From Hoeflea sp. (GTDB lineage: Bacteria > Pseudomonadota > Alphaproteobacteria > Rhizobiales > Rhizobiaceae), in assembly GCA_965249925.1 (NCBI GenBank), contig OZ252260.1, positions 1,852,449-1,916,448 of the forward strand: 64,000 nt of DNA. Reading direction: 5' to 3'. A program made the translations under genes and the position numbers. A model generated the notes under the pieces. The model saw only the letters and a program-made list of their open reading frames with translations. It was not told the DNA's origin and searched no databases. Position 1 is the stretch's first letter, and each line of letters opens with the position of its first letter. Below are positions 58,475 through 64,000 of this stretch, piece by piece.

Positions 58475-59257
58475 TCATTCATGGGCCTTTTTCCGTTCTT
58501 CAATGGTTGTGGCTTCGATGTTCTTGATGTGGGCGTGCTGGGCCGCTTCGGCGCGGTCTGCGTCGCGGACCGCGAGCGCGGCAGCGATTTCGTTGTGTTC
58601 CGCAACGCTGCGCGCGACATTCTCCGGATTCTGCGTGGCAGCCCGCCGCCAATTCAATCCGAGCTCGTAAAGCGCCTGCGACATGCGCAGCAGCAGTATG
58701 TTCCTGGCCGCCGCGTTGATGGCTGAATGAAACTCGAAATCGAGCAGGCGAAAGGCGATCGGATCGTGGATCGTGGCTTCGCCCTTTTCGGCGAGCAGGT
58801 TTATCTTGGCGATATCCTCGTCCGTCGCTCTGTCGCAGGCAATGCGGATGAGCTGGCAATCAATGACGTCGCGCGCCTCGTAGTGAACGGCGGGATCGTA
58901 GTCCTCCATACTGGTGAGGAAATGCAGCGGCCGGATAAGTTTTTCCGGCTTCAGATCCGTAATCACATGCGCACCGCCCCGCCGAGATTCGGTGAGGCCC
59001 ATGACCGACAACATCTTGAGCGCTTCGCGCAGCACCGGCCGGCTGACACCCAGCGCTTCGGCCATCTTGGTTTCAACCGGCAGTTGGTCGCCGGGCAACA
59101 GGTTGCCCACCTGGATCAACCGGCTGATCCGCATCACAAGCTCTTCCGAGAGCGAGCGGCGGGGCAACCCTCCGGCTCCGCCGTCCAACTCCATGGCAAC
59201 CGCAAGGTTGCCCTGTGCCAATATGTCGGCCAGTTTCTCGGCTGTAATCTTGTTCAT
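58475..59257 (-). CDS. FadR/GntR-family regulator
   Basis: PGDQLPVE..MAEALGVSRPVLREAL; FCD domain LDFEFH...H..I. Confidence 0.92.
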   Translation of the reverse strand: MNKITAEKLADILAQGNLAVAMELDGGAGGLPRRSLSEELVMRISRLIQVGNLLPGDQLPVETKMAEALGVSRPVLREALKMLSVMGLTESRRGGAHVITDLKPEKLIRPLHFLTSMEDYDPAVHYEARDVIDCQLIRIACDRATDEDIAKINLLAEKGEATIHDPIAFRLLDFEFHSAINAAARNILLLRMSQALYELGLNWRRAATQNPENVARSVAEHNEIAAALAVRDADRAEAAQHAHIKNIEATTIEERKKAHE

Positions 59258-60285
59258 TGCGGTGCCTCCCGGCGCATTTGCGCATTTTGGGCTTCGTCCA
59301 GTTTGTCCAGCGCCTTTACCAAATTGCGGCGATTTGCAAGTGTCGTTATCAGATGCGGTATCGCAAGTGCCAGGATCAGTAAGGCGCCGACCACAGCCAA
59401 CTGGATTTCCGCGCCGACATTTTCAAGCATCATGGCTGTCTGGATCAGAACCAAAAGCCAGAACGCCGTGAAAGCGCCGAATATGGACCCTACCCCGCCG
59501 GTGATCGCCGCACCGCCCAGAACCGCAATCACCACGATCTGCAATTCACCGCCCGTGGCAAGATCATAGCGCACGGAACCGAGCCGCGACGACATCATCA
59601 ATCCCGCCAGCGCACAGGCAAGGCCCGTAGCCATGTAAAGTCCGAAGCGCACCACATCGGTGTTGATCCCGACGCGCCTGGCAGCGGAGGCGTTGACACC
59701 GATCTGAAAGATGGCCCGACCGATCCGGCTGCCATGCAGCACGAGAGCGGCAAGCGCTGTCGCACAAAGGAAGATCACAATCGACAGCGGAAGTCCCAGA
59801 AACGTCAGGTAGTCGATCCCGTACCACCAGTCGGGAAAGCGCGTGACGGAACGGTCTCCAAGCAGCACCTGGGCAAGACCGCGATAGAGCGTTAGCGTTC
59901 CGATCGTGGCAATCAGAGCGGGAAGCCCGAAGCGTACAATGGCCACTGCATTCACCATGCCCAAGACCAGGCCAAGCCCCATTGTCAGTGCAACCGCCAG
60001 CGGTATGTGCAGGCCGGATTCCTGCAGTACCCCAAATACACAGGCCGTCAGCGCGATTTGCGACGCCACCGACAAGTCGATCTCGCCGCCAATGATAAGC
60101 ATTGTCATGAACAGGGCGACCAGCCCGTATTCGGCAAAGAACGTAGCTGACAGCAGCAGGAAGCCCGGATCGGCAAACCGGGGCGAGACCAGTGTCGCAA
60201 CGATCACGACCAGCACGGTCAGCGTCACGGTCAGGGTTTCGTTGCGCAACAGGAGCCGTGCAAGCGGGTGATCGCTCCGGGTCAT
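59254..60285 (-). CDS. Sugar ABC permease (RhaQ/RbsC-like)
   Basis: GGEIDLSV, PALIATIGTLTLYRG, ELQIVVIAVLGG..ITGG.G. Confidence 0.92.
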   Translation of the reverse strand: MTRSDHPLARLLLRNETLTVTLTVLVVIVATLVSPRFADPGFLLLSATFFAEYGLVALFMTMLIIGGEIDLSVASQIALTACVFGVLQESGLHIPLAVALTMGLGLVLGMVNAVAIVRFGLPALIATIGTLTLYRGLAQVLLGDRSVTRFPDWWYGIDYLTFLGLPLSIVIFLCATALAALVLHGSRIGRAIFQIGVNASAARRVGINTDVVRFGLYMATGLACALAGLMMSSRLGSVRYDLATGGELQIVVIAVLGGAAITGGVGSIFGAFTAFWLLVLIQTAMMLENVGAEIQLAVVGALLILALAIPHLITTLANRRNLVKALDKLDEAQNAQMRREAPQ

Positions 60286-61265
60286 GCAGCCGCTCCCTCC
60301 GGTGCCGTATGCCCTGCCCTGCTGCGCCGCTGAACGAGACGGTCGATTCCCAGCGCGCCCAGCACGATGAGACCGAAAATCACATCCTGCCAGACCCGCG
60401 AGACGCCAATCTTCGGCATGACGACCTCAATCGCCGCGATCAGCATGACGCCCAGCACACAGCCCGCGACGGTCCCGCGTCCGCCGGAAATTGAAACGCC
60501 GCCAACCACAACGGCCGAAATGACCTGCAACTCGAATCCCGCGCCGGTCGCAGCCGGATTCACATAGCCGAAGCGCGAGGCGAACAGCACACTGGTCAGC
60601 CCGACAAGCGCGCCCGAAATCACGAAGGCCAGCACCACGAACCGCTCGGCCGGAATGCCGCGCATCCGGGCGGCATGTTCATTCGAGCCGATGGCAAAAA
60701 ATGTTCCACCAATGCCGCTGCGGTGGATCACAACGAACATGGCCAGCACCACCGCAACCACCAGAAGCGTGATCGGAGGAATGCCCCAGCTTCCAACCTG
60801 CGAAAGCTCGATCAAATCAGCCGGCAGGTCATTGGGATCAACCTGACGGCTGTCCGATACGATGAAAGTCAGGCCGCGAAACAGGCTGAGCGTGCCGAGC
60901 GTAACCACGATGGAGTGGATCTTGAGGATGCTGACCAACAGACCGTTTACCGAACCGAGCACTGCACCGACCCCCGCACCAAGCGCGAAACCGAGGAGGA
61001 TCGGCATCTCCGGAAAGCTGCGGAACGTCATGCCCACGATGATGGCGCTCAACGCCAGCAGCGAACCGATGGAGATATCGACATGTCCACACAACAGAAC
61101 CGGCAACTGCCCCATGGCGGCGGTCATGACGAGCGGCATGGCCAGGATCCAGATCACAAACGTGTCCACGCTTGCTGCGCGTGAGTCGATCAGCGCTGCC
61201 AGACCGAACACCATCAGAAGCGACAGGAGCAGCCCCAACTCCTGTTTCCGAGTATCGCTCATCAT
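60282..61265 (-). CDS. Sugar ABC permease (RhaP/RbsC-like)
   Basis: GHVDISIGS, SIVVTLGTLSLFRG, GFELQVISAVVVGGVSISGGRG. Confidence 0.92.
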   Translation of the reverse strand: MMSDTRKQELGLLLSLLMVFGLAALIDSRAASVDTFVIWILAMPLVMTAAMGQLPVLLCGHVDISIGSLLALSAIIVGMTFRSFPEMPILLGFALGAGVGAVLGSVNGLLVSILKIHSIVVTLGTLSLFRGLTFIVSDSRQVDPNDLPADLIELSQVGSWGIPPITLLVVAVVLAMFVVIHRSGIGGTFFAIGSNEHAARMRGIPAERFVVLAFVISGALVGLTSVLFASRFGYVNPAATGAGFELQVISAVVVGGVSISGGRGTVAGCVLGVMLIAAIEVVMPKIGVSRVWQDVIFGLIVLGALGIDRLVQRRSRAGHTAPEGAAA

Positions 61266-62785
61266 ACCGCTGCCCGCCCGAGATGTTCATGCGCGCCAGC
61301 AACTGCCGCCCGCATGACATTGTCCTCGGTCATGGTCTCGCCGGTCAGTTCGGCGGTCACCGCGCCTTCGCAGAAAACGATGATCCGATCGCTGAGCGCC
61401 AACAGCTCGGTCATGTCGGACGAAATCAGCAGCACCGCCCGTCCGGCGTCGGCCAGAGCATTGATCTTGCGATAAATCTCTTCCTTGGCCCCGACATCCA
61501 CTCCGCGCGTCGGCTCGTCCAGGATCAGCACCTCCGGATCGTTCAAAAGCCAGCGGGCAAGGATCGCCTTTTGCTGATTGCCCCCTGACAGGTTGGAAAC
61601 GGCCGCTTCGGGCGAAGGTGTCTTGATGTCATGGTCCCGAATCGCGGCTACCGTCGTCTCGCGCTCGCGCCGGGTCGACAGGAAAGCGCTGCGACTGAAG
61701 CTGGAGGGGTTTGCGGCGGTGATGTTGGCTGCCACCGACATCGACAGGAACAGGCCGTCCTTGGCGCGATCCTCGGGTACGAATGCCAGCCCGCACCGGA
61801 TAGCGTCTCGGGGCGAAGCGACGCGGACCGGCTCACCGCCCAACTCGATATGACCTGAGTCGGAATGGATCACGCCGAACAGGGTTTCAGCGACGGCGGT
61901 GCGCCCGGCCCCGACAAGCCCGCCGAAACCCAGGATCTCGCCCCTATGTACTTGGAAGCTGACATCGCGGTAGTCGCCATCGCGCGAGAGACCGCGGCAG
62001 GCCAGCGCCACGGTCTCGCGGCTGGCGTCGCGCCGCGCGTGCGGGGCGATGTTCCGACCGATCATCAACCGCACCAGGTGGTCGACGCCCTCCACCTGGT
62101 CGCGACGCAACGTGGCAACATGGCAACCGTCGCGCAGCACCATGACCCGATCGCTGATCTCTACGATTTCGTTCAGCCTGTGGCTGATAAAGACCACGGC
62201 GCGGCCTTCGTCCTTGAGTTGGCGCATGAAACCGAAAAGGCGCTCCGTCTCGGACGGTGTCAGCGGCGCGGTCGGCTCGTCCATGATGATCACCCGGGCG
62301 TCCCGGGCTAGCGAACAAACGATCTCGACAAGTTGCTGATCAGCGATGGACAGCCTCGACATCGGTGTGTTCGGATCGATCGATACGCTAAACCGGTCCA
62401 GCACCTGCCGTGCCCGCATCGTCACCTGTCGCGGTGAGCGCAATTGGCCGGGGCGCAGCGCGCCAGTGCCGATCTCGATATTCTGTGCCACTGTCAGGTC
62501 CTGGAACGAGACCGGTTCCTGGTGGATCAGCGCGACACCGGCTTCCTGAGCCTGCTCCGGGTTTCTGAACCTGACCTTACGCCCGTCCATATGCACCGAA
62601 CCGCGGCTGGGCAGGTGAATTCCGGCCAGAATTTTCATCAGGGTGGACTTGCCTGCCCCGTTCTCACCTACAATCGAGAACACCTCGCCGGGATTGAGGT
62701 CGAGGGAGATGTCCCGCAAAACGACGGTTTGTCCAAACGCCTTGGACACCGAGTACGCCGACAGGATAGGCGCCGTCTCGCTCAT
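61262..62785 (-). CDS. Sugar ABC ATP-binding protein (tandem NBD, RhaT/RbsA-like)
   Basis: GENGAGKST, MDEPTA, LSGGNQQK, LDEPTRGVDVGAK. Confidence 0.94.
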   Translation of the reverse strand: MSETAPILSAYSVSKAFGQTVVLRDISLDLNPGEVFSIVGENGAGKSTLMKILAGIHLPSRGSVHMDGRKVRFRNPEQAQEAGVALIHQEPVSFQDLTVAQNIEIGTGALRPGQLRSPRQVTMRARQVLDRFSVSIDPNTPMSRLSIADQQLVEIVCSLARDARVIIMDEPTAPLTPSETERLFGFMRQLKDEGRAVVFISHRLNEIVEISDRVMVLRDGCHVATLRRDQVEGVDHLVRLMIGRNIAPHARRDASRETVALACRGLSRDGDYRDVSFQVHRGEILGFGGLVGAGRTAVAETLFGVIHSDSGHIELGGEPVRVASPRDAIRCGLAFVPEDRAKDGLFLSMSVAANITAANPSSFSRSAFLSTRRERETTVAAIRDHDIKTPSPEAAVSNLSGGNQQKAILARWLLNDPEVLILDEPTRGVDVGAKEEIYRKINALADAGRAVLLISSDMTELLALSDRIIVFCEGAVTAELTGETMTEDNVMRAAVAGAHEHLGRAAV

Positions 62786-63648
62786 GCATGCAGCCCCAAC
62801 CGATAAACCCGGTTCGCATTAACGCGATAAAACTTGCGAAGTTCGGCCTCTGACACGCCGTCGAAATGACTGTCCAGAAGATCGACCCAGCGCGACAGCG
62901 TTGTTGCCTGGGTGCACACCGGCCAGTCGCCTGCATAGATCAGGCGCTCGAAGCCGAAAATGTCGACCACGGCGTCGATATAGGGTTTCAGCTCGTCCTC
63001 GGTCCAGCGCGCGTGATCGGCCTCGACAGGCAGATCGGAGAGCTTGCAGAAAAGATTGGGGTTTTCAGCCATTCGTTGCAGATTCTTCTTCCATTCCGAG
63101 ATTTCGCCGTCCTTTATGCCGGGCTTGCCGCAATGGTCGAGGATCATCACCGTTTCAGGCACCTGTTCCACGAATTCAGCCGCCTTTGCAGCCTGCGTGT
63201 GGTGGATGTTCACATCAAAACTCAATCCGTATTCGCTGAGTAGCTTTACCCCGTCGATGAAACCGGGGCGCAAGCAGAAGTCCTCGTCCGCCTGGAACTC
63301 GATCAGCCGGCGAATGCCGTGGACCGCCGGGTGTCTGTCCGCCAGACGGTCAAGAAAAGGGCGCATGTCATGGCCGGTCTCGACCGGCGCCTGCGCGACA
63401 ATCGCCTTAATGCGCGGCTCGGCCTTGGCGTATTCCTCGACGAAGGCAACTTCCTTGAGAAACTCGCCCTGATCGACGAAGCACTCCACGAACACCATCG
63501 CTTCGACCTCCACCGGTCCGCAGTCTCTTACATAGTCAGCGGGCAGCAAGGGTCGGCCGAGCGCGTCGTTTCCGGCTTGCCAGCCGATACGGATACGGCC
63601 GGGATCCCAAATATGCAGGTGCGCGTCGACGATGGGGAAATTCGGCAT
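62782..63648 (-). CDS. Amidohydrolase-family sugar lactonase (L-rhamnono-/L-fuconolactonase-like)
   Basis: VDAHLHIWD, GIRRL, LDHCGKP, CKLS, GDWPV; GGAG RBS before ATG 63648. Confidence 0.85.
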   Translation of the reverse strand: MPNFPIVDAHLHIWDPGRIRIGWQAGNDALGRPLLPADYVRDCGPVEVEAMVFVECFVDQGEFLKEVAFVEEYAKAEPRIKAIVAQAPVETGHDMRPFLDRLADRHPAVHGIRRLIEFQADEDFCLRPGFIDGVKLLSEYGLSFDVNIHHTQAAKAAEFVEQVPETVMILDHCGKPGIKDGEISEWKKNLQRMAENPNLFCKLSDLPVEADHARWTEDELKPYIDAVVDIFGFERLIYAGDWPVCTQATTLSRWVDLLDSHFDGVSEAELRKFYRVNANRVYRLGLHA

Positions 63649-63673
63649 GGTCTCGTCCTCCCTTCCTGCCGGC

Positions 63674-64000
63674 TCAGGCAATCAACCGGAAATTCTCAGG
63701 CACCGGTTCCTTGAGCGTCAGCCCCATGCCAGGCACTTCGTCCCTGACATCGACAAAGCCGTTGTCCGCCTCCGGCTCGCCGTCGAAGATGTACCAGAAC
63801 AGCTCGTTCCCAACCTCGACCGGCACCTGCGGGAAGTATTCTGCGAAAGGCGCGGCGACCGAAGATATGGAGATGTGATAGTTGTGCATCTGCCCGGCAT
63901 GGGGCATGACAGCAACGTCATAAGCTTCACACATATGGGCAATCTTAGCCGCCGCTGTGACTCCGCCGACGCGGTTCGTATCGAACTGGGCGAAATCTAC
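63674..64000 (-). CDS. Enolase-superfamily acid-sugar dehydratase, L-rhamnonate dehydratase type (partial, runs off right edge)
   Basis: QFDTNRVGG, PHAGQMHNYH, AEYFP, GNELFWYIFDGEP, PGMGL. Confidence 0.82.
   Translation of the reverse strand, partial: VDFAQFDTNRVGGVTAAAKIAHMCEAYDVAVMPHAGQMHNYHISISSVAAPFAEYFPQVPVEVGNELFWYIFDGEPEADNGFVDVRDEVPGMGLTLKEPVPENFRLIA

Larger units (their letters stand above)
29022..64000. mobile_element. Putative tRNA-Gly-anchored genomic island or accessory mosaic (right boundary not located)
   Basis: Visible drop in GC/GC3 after the tRNA, several gene stubs, unrelated modules; no integrase or duplicated tRNA 3' end seen in the window. Confidence 0.5.

Noticed and set aside
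29022-64000. Duplicated tRNA-Gly 3' end (second att site)
   Set aside because: Not found on reading, so the island's right boundary is left undefined

Overview
64-kb chromosomal window from an alphaproteobacterium, very likely Hyphomicrobiales/Rhizobiales (inferred from the tesB-glnK-amtB-ftsK-lolA-xth and prdX-cnoX-lonN-trm112-tRNA-Gly gene orders and a CtrA box). Bases 1-29021 are mostly core, high-GC genes: response regulator end, cNMP protein, xth, lolA, ftsK, two Amt transporters with glnK under NtrC/sigma54-type control, tesB, a UbiH-like hydroxylase, a TetR-HlyD-ABC exporter, cytochrome c', a YeeE/YedE pair, and a complete ADP-heptose plus WaaC/WaaF cluster. Small insertions interrupt this half: a PhoD-like gene, an exported protein, and a scar made of a 26-bp inverted repeat, a duplicated ubiH 3' end and a ParDE pair. 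From tRNA-Gly(GCC) at 28947-29021 onward the DNA looks accessory (visibly more AT-rich, several gene stubs, no integrase seen). It is a mosaic of four modules. (i) An uncharacterised catabolic cluster: PotABCD-like importer, 2OG-Fe(II) dioxygenase, cysteine hydrolase, metallo-beta-lactamase-fold protein, HRI1-like hypothetical, AraC. (ii) A cell-surface/sensing module: exported vWA protein, DUF4412-like protein, coiled-coil plus outer-membrane beta-barrel protein, LuxR-HTH fused to a catalytically dead alpha/beta-hydrolase, CadC-like membrane regulator, with a shared CCCAATTGGG palindrome. This is the best candidate for an undescribed system. (iii) LysR-RND-OsmC with an unusual multi-TM adaptor. 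(iv) A non-phosphorylative L-rhamnonate-type sugar pathway running off the right edge. No CRISPR array, rRNA or intact transposase was seen. All family assignments come from motif recognition by eye, not database searches.
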